A stretch of DNA of 64,000 nucleotides, from contig JAGQKV010000015.1 of NCBI GenBank assembly GCA_020429915.1, positions 1,593 through 65,592 of the forward strand, written 5' to 3'. Numbering within the stretch: the first letter of the stretch is position 1; every line of letters begins with the position of its first letter. Made by a program: the position numbers and the translations under genes. This stretch comes from Candidatus Omnitrophota bacterium (lineage in GTDB: Bacteria > Omnitrophota > Gorgyraeia > Zapsychrales > Zapsychraceae). The notes beneath the pieces are model-generated. The model was given only the letters and a program-made list of their open reading frames with translations, was not told where the DNA came from and did not search any database. Positions 37,400 to 45,965 of the stretch are shown here, one piece after another.

Positions 37400-37966
37400 T
37401 TAACGTGACGGGTCCAGGCCGAGGACCTGGTGTTTGACGGTGCGGTCGAAAGGCTGATCACCTACCCACGTAGCGAAGATCCCCTTGCCGAAGTCGGCCC
37501 CGGGAACGGTGCCGAGTACGCGGCCGTTATGTTCAAAACGCGTACCCGCTCCCGGGATGTAGGTCATGGCAAAGAGATCGCCCGCCTGCAGATCGACAAA
37601 TATGCCGCTCAGGGAATCGATGCGCGCCTGGACGCGACGGAACTCATCGGCAGTCATATTTTTCTCCATGCGCTTGGCGATAAAGTCGATAAAGCGGCGC
37701 GCGGTGACCGGTTTGAAGTACGAGATCTCGACACGTTTGCCCACATCATCGAGGGCATGGGTGCGATCGGTATCTTTATCGAGGTAAAAGCCCGCGACAA
37801 AAAGGTCCATAAAGAGGAGTTTTTTGGTGCTCGTCCCCAAGAGTTCCAGGGCCACGCCCCCCTCCCGGTGAGAGTCCCGGAACGAGACCTCCTTGGTTAT
37901 GTTGGCCATGACCGGAGACTGCAGGCTGAGGGCGACGAAGATTGTCAACACGGCGGTTTTACGCAT
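37400..37966 (-). CDS. Chalcone-isomerase-like (CHI-fold) periplasmic protein
   Basis: Start at the internal Met (MRKTAVLTIFVALSLQSPVMA; cat at 37964-37966). ~188 aa. The CHI-like family commonly co-occurs with cfa/DUF1365/DUF1295 clusters. Confidence 0.5.
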   Translation of the reverse strand: MRKTAVLTIFVALSLQSPVMANITKEVSFRDSHREGGVALELLGTSTKKLLFMDLFVAGFYLDKDTDRTHALDDVGKRVEISYFKPVTARRFIDFIAKRMEKNMTADEFRRVQARIDSLSGIFVDLQAGDLFAMTYIPGAGTRFEHNGRVLGTVPGADFGKGIFATWVGDQPFDRTVKHQVLGLDPSR

Positions 37967-37970
37967 ACGA

Positions 37971-39272
37971 TTACAATTGCCCGATAAACGCCTGATCCTT
38001 GTCGGATAACGCGAATTCGAGCGGATCGTTAAGATTAAGGTTGTTGGGCCTGGAATAGACAGCTTGGACCACGCTGATGTGGCGCATTTTGAAGGCCGCC
38101 TCGCAGTAGCACAAGTAGAAGTTCCACTTGCGAACAAACCGATCGTCCATGCCGAGCTTCTTGACCCGGGCGATCTGCTTGTTGAACAAATGATACCATA
38201 TTTTCAGCGTTTTGGCATATGACGGCGTCATGTCTTCGTAGTGGTGGAGATTGAGCGTGCCGGTAGCATTGATCGCCTGTTGGACGGACCGCACGCTGGG
38301 CAGCAGGCTGCCCGGAAAAATATGCTTCTGGATCCAATCCGTGTTCCGGCGGGCAATCTCGTAGCGGTGGTCCGGGAAAAGGATCATCTGGATCGCCACC
38401 AGACCGTCCTTCTTGAGGACCCGGTGAATGGTTGCGAAATACTCTTTAAGATACTTGTGGCCAACGGCTTCTATCATTTCTATCGATGCGACCTTATCAT
38501 AGGAACCCGTCAAATGTCGGTAGTCCTTCAGCTGTACGTCCACCTTCCCGGTCAGCCCGGCACGGAAGATCCGCTCCTTGGCATACTTGTACTGTTCCTT
38601 GGAAATGGTGACGGTGGTCACCCGGCAGCCGTAATGCTTCGCGGCGTGTTCGGCAAATCCTCCCCAGCCGGTGCCGATCTCCAGGACATGGTCGGTCGGG
38701 CGCAATTGCAGCTTTCGGCACAGGACCTCGTACTTGGCGAACTGCGCCTCCTCCAGCGTCTGCTGGGGGTCCTGAAAATAAGCGGCCGAGTAGGTCATAG
38801 TCGGGTCCAGCCACAGACGGAAGAAATCGTTATTCAGATCGTAGTGGTCCGCAATGTTACGACGGCTTCCGCGAAGGGTGTTCTGCCGGAACCAGCCGTA
38901 ACATTTATTGATCATTCCCACCCAATTCACCGGCGATTTCTTGTCCCGGTCGGTGGCGATCGTGGGATGATTTTCGTGATTCAACAGCATCCAGCGGATC
39001 ACATCGGTAATGTCGGCAGTACTCCAATCTCCGTCGACATAGGCCTCACCGAATCCGACCGAACCGAACAGGACGCACCGGCGGAAAAAACGCATATCAT
39101 GAATATGGATTACCGCCTCGATCTCATGACCTTTACCGTAATTCAGACGGTGTCCGTCGGGAAGGATCATGACCAGACTCCCAAGTGACATGGGCCGGAA
39201 GACCGAGTCGATAATTTTCAGGCACAGCCGGTCGAACCACCGCGGCGCAGAATCAGTGTATTTTGTATGCAC
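37971..39272 (-). CDS. cfa: Cyclopropane-fatty-acyl-phospholipid synthase (Cfa-family SAM-dependent methyltransferase)
   Basis: Cfa N-terminal region (FGSVGFGEAYVDGDW), SAM motif VLEIGTGWGG, and a C-terminal Cfa-type domain. The start is uncertain: the candidate GTG at ~39270-39272 gives a ~433-aa product, and other candidates are at 39191 and 39353. Confidence 0.85.
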   Translation of the reverse strand: MHTKYTDSAPRWFDRLCLKIIDSVFRPMSLGSLVMILPDGHRLNYGKGHEIEAVIHIHDMRFFRRCVLFGSVGFGEAYVDGDWSTADITDVIRWMLLNHENHPTIATDRDKKSPVNWVGMINKCYGWFRQNTLRGSRRNIADHYDLNNDFFRLWLDPTMTYSAAYFQDPQQTLEEAQFAKYEVLCRKLQLRPTDHVLEIGTGWGGFAEHAAKHYGCRVTTVTISKEQYKYAKERIFRAGLTGKVDVQLKDYRHLTGSYDKVASIEMIEAVGHKYLKEYFATIHRVLKKDGLVAIQMILFPDHRYEIARRNTDWIQKHIFPGSLLPSVRSVQQAINATGTLNLHHYEDMTPSYAKTLKIWYHLFNKQIARVKKLGMDDRFVRKWNFYLCYCEAAFKMRHISVVQAVYSRPNNLNLNDPLEFALSDKDQAFIGQL

Positions 39273-40041
39273 GTAGGACCTCCCTCTGTAGTTCAGGATT
39301 TTCACGCTTTTTATGATGCGGTATTTTCTTGATGAAATGCAGTACGGCGGCATGCCAGTGTATGAGAAAGATAACCTTCAGAGTGACCAGCGGTATCGTG
39401 AAGCCCACCCGTAACAGCTCGGTATTGGTCAGCGACCGGCGCTTGCCGGTCATCGTGGTGTAAAGGAACTTCCGTTCCTTTTTCAGGTCGTCGATACGGA
39501 TAAAGAGCCGCTCGCCCGGTACCTTCAGCCGGAAGTCCATCGGGACGTCCAGGTCGATAAACGGTGAGATGTAGTAGTACTTCTTCTGAACGGAACGGAA
39601 GGTGTCCTTGTGCAAAGTTTCCAGCCCCAGGAAAAACGGTTTAAGCTCGCCGAACGTATTGCCGACCTGAGCGACAGCGCAAACGGGACGGTGATCGGGA
39701 TCGAAGCAAAAATAAAAAGACACAGGATTAAACACATAACCGGCCGTACGGACGTTGGTCATCAGCATCACCCGCGCGATGGGCTCATTGACTCCCTTGC
39801 CGCGGGCATAAGCCAGCACATTCTCTTTAACGCCGGTATGACCGAAACAGATATGGTCACTGTCCCGAAATTCGAACAACGCGCGACGGTTGCGGTTGAA
39901 CAGTGGCAGCTTTTGTGACAGCGTGTCGAGTTCATCGAGATCGAGATAGAACATGTAGATCCGGTGCGTAAAGCGGTGCCGCTTGGGAGCGACCCGGCAG
40001 TGCATGACATCAAGCTCATACAGGCAGGAATTTAAATCCAT
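39253..40041 (-). CDS. DUF1365-family protein (UfaO-like candidate)
   Basis: 262 aa. Conserved DUF1365 features (…CRVAPKRHRFTHRIYMFYLDLDEL…GYVFNPVSFYFCFD…). Its partners in this cluster are the classical DUF1365 partners. Confidence 0.75.
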   Translation of the reverse strand: MDLNSCLYELDVMHCRVAPKRHRFTHRIYMFYLDLDELDTLSQKLPLFNRNRRALFEFRDSDHICFGHTGVKENVLAYARGKGVNEPIARVMLMTNVRTAGYVFNPVSFYFCFDPDHRPVCAVAQVGNTFGELKPFFLGLETLHKDTFRSVQKKYYYISPFIDLDVPMDFRLKVPGERLFIRIDDLKKERKFLYTTMTGKRRSLTNTELLRVGFTIPLVTLKVIFLIHWHAAVLHFIKKIPHHKKRENPELQREVLRAYKIH

Positions 40042-41294
40042 TTCAGCTCTCCCAAAAGCCGCTGGGCCACGTTCATTCCGGCTGTGAAACCGTCTTCGTG
40101 AAATCCGTATCTGAAATAGGCGCCGCAGAAAAAGGTGTGTCCGTTCTGGTTCAGTTGATTGAGCCGCGGTTGCGCCTTGATGGCATCCACGTCAAAGAGC
40201 GGGTGATGATACTCCTTCTCCCAAATAATCCTGCCCCGGTCGATATCTCCCGGATCATTGATCGATACAAAGTAATCCCGTTTGCGGGACACGTGCTGCA
40301 GCTTGTTCATAAAGTAAATCGTCGTCGGCAGGGTCCTTCCTTCGCGCCGTGCGATCCGGTAGTTCCACGCTGACCACGCTTTTCGGGTCTTGGGCATTAC
40401 CGAACTGTCGGTGTGGAGCGTCGCCGTATTGGGTTGGTACTTGAATTTGGACAGCAGGTGCTTCTCGTCCGGTGTGGGGTCTGCAAGAATGTCCAGACTT
40501 TGATCGGCATGCGCGGCGAGGATAACCTTGTCGAACGCATGCCGCCGGTCGTCGGCCGTCTTGATTTCAATCCGTCCCGCCTGGCGGCGCACGGCAATCA
40601 CCGGGCTGCCCAGATGCACCTTGCCCTCAAACAACGCCATCACCTTGTCGCGGTATTGCCGACTGCCGCCGACCAGAGTTTTCCATTGGTATTGGGTGTT
40701 TAGCCCCAGGAAGCCGTGGTTCTTGAAAAACCGGACCAGCGTGACGATCGGAAAATCCAGCATCTGTTCGGGCGGAGTCGACCACACCGCCGAACTCATC
40801 GGGACCAAATAGTGATCGAGCATGTCCCGTGCGTATCCCCGGTCCGTGATATAACGGTCCACGGTCCAATCGATGTACGCGTTGTCTTCCAGGACTTCGG
40901 GGGCTTCCTTATTGAAGCGGTTGATGTCCATCAACATCCGGTAGTGTCGGGGTCGAAAAAGATTACGGCGTTGCGAGAACAGGCCGTTCAGTCCGGTGCC
41001 GCAGTATTCCAGACCGGTGGGCAGGTACTGCACGCTGAACGACATGTCGGTGTCCTTCTCTTCAATATCCAGGGTCTTGAAAAATTTGAGAAGGTTCGGA
41101 TACGTCACATGATTGAAAACCATGAAGGCCGAATCGATGTGGATGTCGTCTCCGTCGTCGTCGACCGTCAGCGTGTTCGTATGCCCGCCGGCGTAATTTT
41201 CCTTGTCAAAAAAAGTGATGTCGTATTTATGGCGCAGAAAGTAACCCGCTGCCATTCCCGACACGCCCGTCCCGATGATCGCAATTTTATCCAT
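40032..41294 (-). CDS. NAD/FAD-binding amine-oxidase-like oxidoreductase (COG2907; UfaD-like candidate fatty-acyl desaturase)
   Basis: 420 aa. N-terminal dinucleotide-binding motif MDKIAIIGTGVSGMAAGYFL. The amine-oxidase fold runs full length. Confidence 0.8.
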   Translation of the reverse strand: MDKIAIIGTGVSGMAAGYFLRHKYDITFFDKENYAGGHTNTLTVDDDGDDIHIDSAFMVFNHVTYPNLLKFFKTLDIEEKDTDMSFSVQYLPTGLEYCGTGLNGLFSQRRNLFRPRHYRMLMDINRFNKEAPEVLEDNAYIDWTVDRYITDRGYARDMLDHYLVPMSSAVWSTPPEQMLDFPIVTLVRFFKNHGFLGLNTQYQWKTLVGGSRQYRDKVMALFEGKVHLGSPVIAVRRQAGRIEIKTADDRRHAFDKVILAAHADQSLDILADPTPDEKHLLSKFKYQPNTATLHTDSSVMPKTRKAWSAWNYRIARREGRTLPTTIYFMNKLQHVSRKRDYFVSINDPGDIDRGRIIWEKEYHHPLFDVDAIKAQPRLNQLNQNGHTFFCGAYFRYGFHEDGFTAGMNVAQRLLGELKWI

Positions 41295-42345
41295 GTTTGA
41301 CCTTCTTTTTCAGCTGATAGTGGCTGACCAGCCACTCCCGACCGTTGTCGTAGCCCCACAATTCGGCACACGCCATGAAGAACACCCGCCAGTAAACCCA
41401 CCATTTCCGGTATTCCTGTTCCCCGTAGGTCTGCCGCAGAATCGGCATGATCTCCACCTTATGGGCGTCCATATTGCGCAGCCAGCCTTCCGAGGTTTTT
41501 TGATAGTGGGTCCCCGGGACCTGCCAGTGTTCGGCGATGGCAAAGTCATCCTGAAAGTGGTACAGCAGATCATCCGACGGCATGATACCTCCGGTGAAAA
41601 AATAGCGGGCCATCCAGTCGTAACCGCCGTCGTCAACGGTATAGAAATAGGTGTATTTGCGATGCGTGAAGATATGGATAAACAGCTTTCCGTCATCCTT
41701 CAACCAACCCGCGATACGCTGCAGCAGCTCCTTGTAGTTGCGCATGTGTTCGAACATCTCGATAGAGACGACGCGGTCGTACCGACCCGGCGCCTCAAAG
41801 TCGTTCATATCGGCGGTGCGAATAGTGACGTTCGTAAGTCCGCGCGCCTTGGCCTGGTCTTCAATGTACTCTTTTTGTGTTCGTGAATTGGAGACGCCCG
41901 TGATCCGGCTGCCGGGAAATTTCTCCGCCATGTACAGTGTCAGCGATCCCCAGCCGCACCCGAGATCGAGGACATCCTGACCGTCGCACAGGTCGGCCCG
42001 GCCGCAGGTCAGAAACAACATGTCCTCTTCGGACTGATCGAAATCCGTGACGCCTTTCTTCCAGTATCCGCAGCTGTACTTCATATGTTTGCCCATCACA
42101 TACCGGAAGAACTCGGTCGGGACTTCGTAGTGCTGCTGATTGGCCTCGGTGGTGTTCAACGCGATGGTGGAGCTCTTCATCTCCTCAACGACTTCCTTGA
42201 GCCGCTGCTGGGCGGCCGCCACACCTCCCCGGCCTTCGTTCTTGAGCTTGCTTTTGAGCAGTCCCCGGATACCGAACCGGATGACCGGGTCCGGAATCAG
42301 ATTGCGTTCGAGAAATCCTTGACTCATGAGGGCGATGTTTTTCAT
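41287..42345 (-). CDS. Second Cfa-family class I SAM-dependent methyltransferase (UfaM-like candidate)
   Basis: 352 aa. SAM motif VLDLGCGWGS. Cfa/mycolic-acid-methyltransferase-like C-terminal region (…FEHMRNYKELL…IHIFTHRKY…). Confidence 0.8.
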   Translation of the reverse strand: MKNIALMSQGFLERNLIPDPVIRFGIRGLLKSKLKNEGRGGVAAAQQRLKEVVEEMKSSTIALNTTEANQQHYEVPTEFFRYVMGKHMKYSCGYWKKGVTDFDQSEEDMLFLTCGRADLCDGQDVLDLGCGWGSLTLYMAEKFPGSRITGVSNSRTQKEYIEDQAKARGLTNVTIRTADMNDFEAPGRYDRVVSIEMFEHMRNYKELLQRIAGWLKDDGKLFIHIFTHRKYTYFYTVDDGGYDWMARYFFTGGIMPSDDLLYHFQDDFAIAEHWQVPGTHYQKTSEGWLRNMDAHKVEIMPILRQTYGEQEYRKWWVYWRVFFMACAELWGYDNGREWLVSHYQLKKKVKHG

Positions 42346-43127
42346 GGGTTTGTCCTTTTTGGGGGTAGCGGGATCAGGACGCTGGTCGTTTCCTGATAGC
42401 GTCGGTATTCTTCTCCCCGGGATTTAAGTGATTGTTGCTCCGCCAGTGGAATGCCGGTGATTTTTAAGATGATAAAGACGATGGTCAGCGGCGACACCAC
42501 CGTCAGCCAGCCACCGGGGGTGGCCAAGGCATACAGATACACCGCCGTCCAGATGACGATCTCAAAAAAATAATTGGGGTGGCGGGAATAGGCCCATAAA
42601 CCGATCCGGCAGACCTTCCCCCGGTTATCGGCATCGTTCTGAAATGTCCGCAATTGTTCGTCGGTGATGCTTTCTCCGACAAGACCGATCACAAAAATCA
42701 ACGCCGCCGTCAGCTCCCACGCGTTCAGGCCGGTCCGCGGATTGAACGCCACGCACAGGACCGGAAGGACAACGATCATCTGTAGCAGTGCCTGAAATTC
42801 GAACAGTTTGAAGAAATTCATGCGCGCCCGCTTCCCCCATTTCCGGCGGAACATGGCGTATCGTTTGTCTTCGTGGCCCTCCTGATGCATACGTCTGAAA
42901 ATAAAGAAGATAATCCGGGCGCCCCACAGCAGAAGCAGGACCAGCAACAGTATGTTGCGTTGCGTCCAGCCGGCGCCCCGGACGATAAAGATCGCGGCCA
43001 TCATCGCGAAACCGAATCCCCATCCCATATCCACAATCGTGGCGTCATCATTGCGCAGGTGAATGAGCCAAATCAAGGCCATCATTACCGTTACCGCCAG
43101 ACATCCTGTCAGGTACGCCGTGAGCAT
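42342..43127 (-). CDS. DUF1295-family membrane protein (steroid-5-alpha-reductase / ICMT-like fold)
   Basis: 261-aa polytopic protein with a conserved C-terminal ...GLWAYSRHPNYFFEIVIW... motif. Confidence 0.75.
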   Translation of the reverse strand: MLTAYLTGCLAVTVMMALIWLIHLRNDDATIVDMGWGFGFAMMAAIFIVRGAGWTQRNILLLVLLLLWGARIIFFIFRRMHQEGHEDKRYAMFRRKWGKRARMNFFKLFEFQALLQMIVVLPVLCVAFNPRTGLNAWELTAALIFVIGLVGESITDEQLRTFQNDADNRGKVCRIGLWAYSRHPNYFFEIVIWTAVYLYALATPGGWLTVVSPLTIVFIILKITGIPLAEQQSLKSRGEEYRRYQETTSVLIPLPPKRTNP

Positions 43128-43136
43128 CCTTTCTCC

Positions 43137-43679
43137 CTATTTTTGCGGATCCTTGGATCCGTTAGCAGTGCTACCGTCCATCACGGCTTCGAGCTTAAAG
43201 AACCATTTCATCAAGAGACCGGACAACTGTTCGACCTCTTTCCGCTCCAAAAGGTAGACGGACTGCTGAATCATTTCACTGAAACCGAAAAATACTGTCC
43301 GGATGATTTCCTCCCCGGCCGGGGTAATGTGAATCAGGTTCACGCGCCGGTCATGCGCGGCCGGGACCCGGCTGATATAACCGTCCTTCGTCATCCGGTC
43401 CAGCAACCGGGTGATGTTGGAGGGCGTTACAATCATGTGGTATCCCAAATCATTCTGGGAAATCCCTTCCCCCTGCCCCATGAATTTGATCAGCATCAGG
43501 GCGTTAAACTTGACCGGCGTGAGATTGTGCGGTCGGAAGAATTCATCCATACGTTTCTCTAAAAGGGAATACACACAAAAAATGCCGTGAAAGACCTCGG
43601 CACTGGGCCGTCCTTTAATGGCGTTGAAGTAGAAATCCTTGCGCGATGGCCGGGTTGGTCCGTTAGTTTTATTAATCAT
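43137..43679 (-). CDS. MarR-family transcriptional regulator (first gene of the lipid-modification cluster)
   Basis: 180 aa. Winged-HTH region (ISQNDLGYHMIVTPSNITRLLDRMTKDGYISRVPAAHDRRVNLIHITPAGEE). Confidence 0.85.
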   Translation of the reverse strand: MINKTNGPTRPSRKDFYFNAIKGRPSAEVFHGIFCVYSLLEKRMDEFFRPHNLTPVKFNALMLIKFMGQGEGISQNDLGYHMIVTPSNITRLLDRMTKDGYISRVPAAHDRRVNLIHITPAGEEIIRTVFFGFSEMIQQSVYLLERKEVEQLSGLLMKWFFKLEAVMDGSTANGSKDPQK

Positions 43680-43715
43680 GGCTGCCTCCTGAGATTAAAT
43701 TTAACATAGCAATAG

Positions 43716-43727
43716 TTGACATGTCAA
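43716..43727. promoter_or_regulatory. Perfect 12-bp palindrome TTGACATGTCAA in the marR upstream region (candidate MarR operator overlapping a -35-like hexamer)
   Basis: Read directly, 37 bp upstream of the marR start codon. MarR regulators bind such palindromes and usually autoregulate. Confidence 0.45.
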
Positions 43728-43874
43728 ATATATTTTGAAAATAAATCGTAAGCTACTGTTTTATAACGACTTAACCGATGTCTTCGGAATTATTTACTTG
43801 ACAAACCAGCCTATTCATGTAAGATATAGTTAACAGGAGTTAACAAGAGCTAACTGAACGGGAGATTTTTCAAG

Positions 43875-44849
43875 ATGAATTTAGTCGAAATACTTTCATG
43901 GTCAGATAAAAGATCCAGAGCTTACTTAGAGTAGATCAGGTGGAACGGAAAGCCCAAATGCCCGCATTGTGGGAGCGAGGATCATGTGAGACTTAAAGGA
44001 AAGGCCCCTAGAGCCGGTGTCATTAAGTGTAAGAATAAGGAATGCCGCAAGCAGTATACCGTGACCGTGGCGACCATCTTCCATTCTTCCCACGTTCCCC
44101 TTAGAAAGTGGATCGCGGCCTACTGGCTTATGTGTTCTGCCAAAAAAGGCTATTCGGCTAATCAGTTATCCCGTGACGTAGATGTGACGTATAAGACCGC
44201 TTGGTTTATGGCCCACAGAATCCGCCACGCCATGAGATACAATTCGTTCAAGAAATTGGACGGAGACGTTGAGGTGGATGAAACTTATGTGGGCGGTAAA
44301 GCCAAAAATAAACGCCAGTCATATCACGCCAGAAAAAAGCGTGAAAAAGAACAGCGCAAGACTGGGAAAAACAGCACTAAGGTTCCGGTTATGGCTCTCG
44401 TCGAGCGTGACGGTAGCGTTAAATCTCAAGTGTTGTATCGTGTTTCGGCTAAGAAACTGAGAACGGCAATCGAATTGTATGTTGATCCGAAAGCAACCGT
44501 ACACACCGACGAGCTTCCCCTCTATCGCGGGATAGGACACAAGTTTGCTGGTGGCCATAAGACGGTGAACCATTCGATCAACGAATATGTCAACGGTGAT
44601 TGCACCACCAACACGGTGGAATCATATTTCGCCCTGCTGAAGCGTGGAGTAATAGGAATATATCACCATGTTAGCACGACTCATTTACAAAGATATTGTG
44701 ACGAATTTGTTTTCCGCTGGGATCATAGAAAACTCAGCATCGAAGAGGCTTTCAACCGCGCATTGCAGTTGAGTGATGGGAAGCGACTGTCTTATAAGGG
44801 CAGGATTAAGCGGTTTGCAGATAAGTCTTGGTGGAGAAGTGATATTTAA
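43875..44849 (+). pseudogene. IS1595-family transposase interrupted by an in-frame TAG (expected Gln codon) at 43932-43934
   Basis: The frame from ATG 43875 reads MNLVEILSWSDKRSRAYLE*IRWNGKPKCPHCGSEDHVRLKGK... and continues into the 287-aa ORF that the track starts at GTG 43986. The family consensus is ...YLEQLRW...CPxCG, so the stop sits where the conserved Gln is (CAG to TAG). Confidence 0.65.
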
Positions 44850-45130
44850 TGAGCCACGCGAACCCACAACAGCAACCAGATAAGCCAAGACTGGTTATTA
44901 TAGACTGGGAAGATAGCGTCCAACCCATAGCGCAGTGGATGTATTTATGCGACCTTGACCAACATCAGATTGTAAAGTGTCGGTCTGTTGGATGGTTGAT
45001 TGGCGATGGGCGCAGGGTCAAAGCATTGGCGCAAAATTTGGGTGATATTGGCCGTAAAGATAGCATCCAAGTCAGCGGCATACTTAAGATCCCCGCGCGC
45101 TGCATCACCAGAATTCAGGATTTAGGCTAG
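44849..45130 (+). CDS. Hypothetical 93-aa protein translationally coupled to the transposase (IS passenger or accessory gene)
   Basis: A TAATG overlap links it to the transposase stop. No family call. Confidence 0.35.
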   Translation: MSHANPQQQPDKPRLVIIDWEDSVQPIAQWMYLCDLDQHQIVKCRSVGWLIGDGRRVKALAQNLGDIGRKDSIQVSGILKIPARCITRIQDLG

Positions 45131-45143
45131 AAGGCGGTTATTT

Positions 45144-45290
45144 ACGTTTGCCCTTCGTCTCATCCTGACTGAGGACAGAAGCCCCCAACTGTCTAATTTG
45201 TCTATTAGACAGGCTGTTTGGTTCCCTCATAGCTTTGGAGGCTATGCTGGACATTTTGTTTCCTGTTTCTTTTTTTGGTTTGGTCATTTC
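45144..45290 (-). CDS. Putative small protein (49 aa, Lys-rich N-terminus) with a strong RBS
   Basis: Not in the supplied track. The minus-strand ORF reads MTKPKKETGNKMSSIASKAMREPNSLSNRQIRQLGASVLSQDETKGKRK, and an AAGGAG lies 5 nt upstream of the ATG. A perfect hairpin (GGGAGGC-ttaatt-GCCTCCC, 45306-45325) lies just upstream. Confidence 0.3.
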
Positions 45291-45430
45291 TGACTCCTTT
45301 GTTAAGGGAGGCTTAATTGCCTCCCAATCTGCTCGTCGAGGCTAGACAAAAAAACACAATAAAAAACCCGAAATATACATTGAATAGTTTAAGGCTAGTG
45401 ATAATATGGTTTTAGGGCAAAAAAAAATCT

Positions 45431-45459
45431 TTGACTTTTTTTGCAATTTTTTATATTAT
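45431..45459 (+). promoter_or_regulatory. Near-consensus sigma70-type promoter (TTGACT, 16-17 bp spacer, TATATT/TATTAT) firing toward the antisense of tRNA-like gene 1
   Basis: Read directly in the AT-rich island. Confidence 0.4.
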
Positions 45460-45485
45460 GTTGTACCTTTTAATGCTCTGTTTTG

Positions 45486-45559
45486 CGCCCCCTCCGGGAT
45501 TCGAGCCCGGAACCTCACGTTTAGCGGACGCGCGCTCTATCCAATTGAGCTAAGGGGGC
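45486..45559 (-). tRNA. tRNA-like gene 1 (class I, Arg-like body; loop CCGCUAA implies anticodon GCU; C33 and C54 non-canonical)
   Basis: The minus-strand sequence GCCCCCUUAGCUCAAUUGGAUAGAGCGCGCGUCCGCUAAACGUGAGGUUCCGGGCUCGAAUCCCGGAGGGGGCG folds as a cloverleaf. It has a 7-bp acceptor, a GCUC/GAGC D-stem with G18G19, a 5-bp anticodon stem, a 5-nt variable loop and a 5-bp T-stem. CCA is not encoded. Confidence 0.45.
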
Positions 45560-45678
45560 GACAAAACATAAAAATAGCCCGTGGCGGACATAAAAAATCC
45601 GCAACGTGGTCAAACGTTAATGATCGTGGTACAGGGCCTAATCTGACAACCACGAGCATTTCACGGGCAAATCTGAGA

Positions 45679-45714
45679 AGCCGTGTTGTCATTACTGATA
45701 GCACGGCTTTTCTT
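45679..45714 (+). terminator. Rho-independent terminator candidate on the plus strand (AGCCGTG-16 nt loop-CACGGCT followed by TTTCTT)
   Basis: Read directly. Together with the promoter at 45431 it would bracket a ~245-nt plus-strand transcript. Confidence 0.4.
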
Positions 45715-45862
45715 ATATATATAGTATTACTATGGCACGCGATTTCAATAAAAAACTAGAAAATATTGCCATTCGCTCTTTCTAATCGGAATATGGGAAC
45801 CTTCGGTCGGATGAACTTTTCCTTGCGTAGCAGTTAGTAATGGATTACTATTAAGGAGATAT

Positions 45863-45949
45863 GGGGACGGTGAGACTCGAACTCACAAATCCCGGCTAGG
45901 AGATACTGGATTAGGAATCCAGCGCGTTTGCCAGTTTCGCCACGCCCCC
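45863..45949 (-). tRNA. tRNA-like gene 2 (class II body with long variable arm, A73; anticodon loop UUCCUAA gives CCU)
   Basis: Minus strand: GGGGGCG-UG-GCGA-AACUGGCAA-ACGC-G-CUGGA-UUCCUAA-UCCAG-UAUCUCCUAGCCGGGAUUU-GUGAG-UUCGAGU-CUCAC-CGUCCCC-A. The T-arm is canonical, with U33 and A37. The ~19-nt variable region is Leu/Ser-like, which is unusual for a CCU (Arg-AGG) anticodon. Confidence 0.45.
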
Positions 45950-45965
45950 ACCCTCCCACAAAATA

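Larger units (their letters stand above)
43860..45140 (+). mobile_element. IS1595-family (ISXO2-like) insertion sequence, approximate extent; terminal inverted repeats not resolved
   Basis: Contains a DDE transposase with an N-terminal zinc ribbon (KCPHCGS) typical of IS1595, plus a translationally coupled 93-aa downstream ORF. The boundaries are estimates. Confidence 0.5.

Noticed and set aside
45184-45211. Inverted repeat CTGTCTAAT-ttgtct-ATTAGACAG considered as an IS terminal repeat or operator
   Set aside because: It lies inside the candidate 49-aa ORF and has no matching partner at the other side of the IS. The IS boundaries therefore remain unresolved.
45486-45559. Idea that tRNA-like gene 1 is an amber (CUA) suppressor rescuing the TAG in the adjacent transposase
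   Set aside because: CUA occurs in the loop (CCGCUAA), but only at positions 35-37. No alternative stem pairing places it at 34-36. The coincidence with the Gln-to-TAG change is noted but not supported by the fold.
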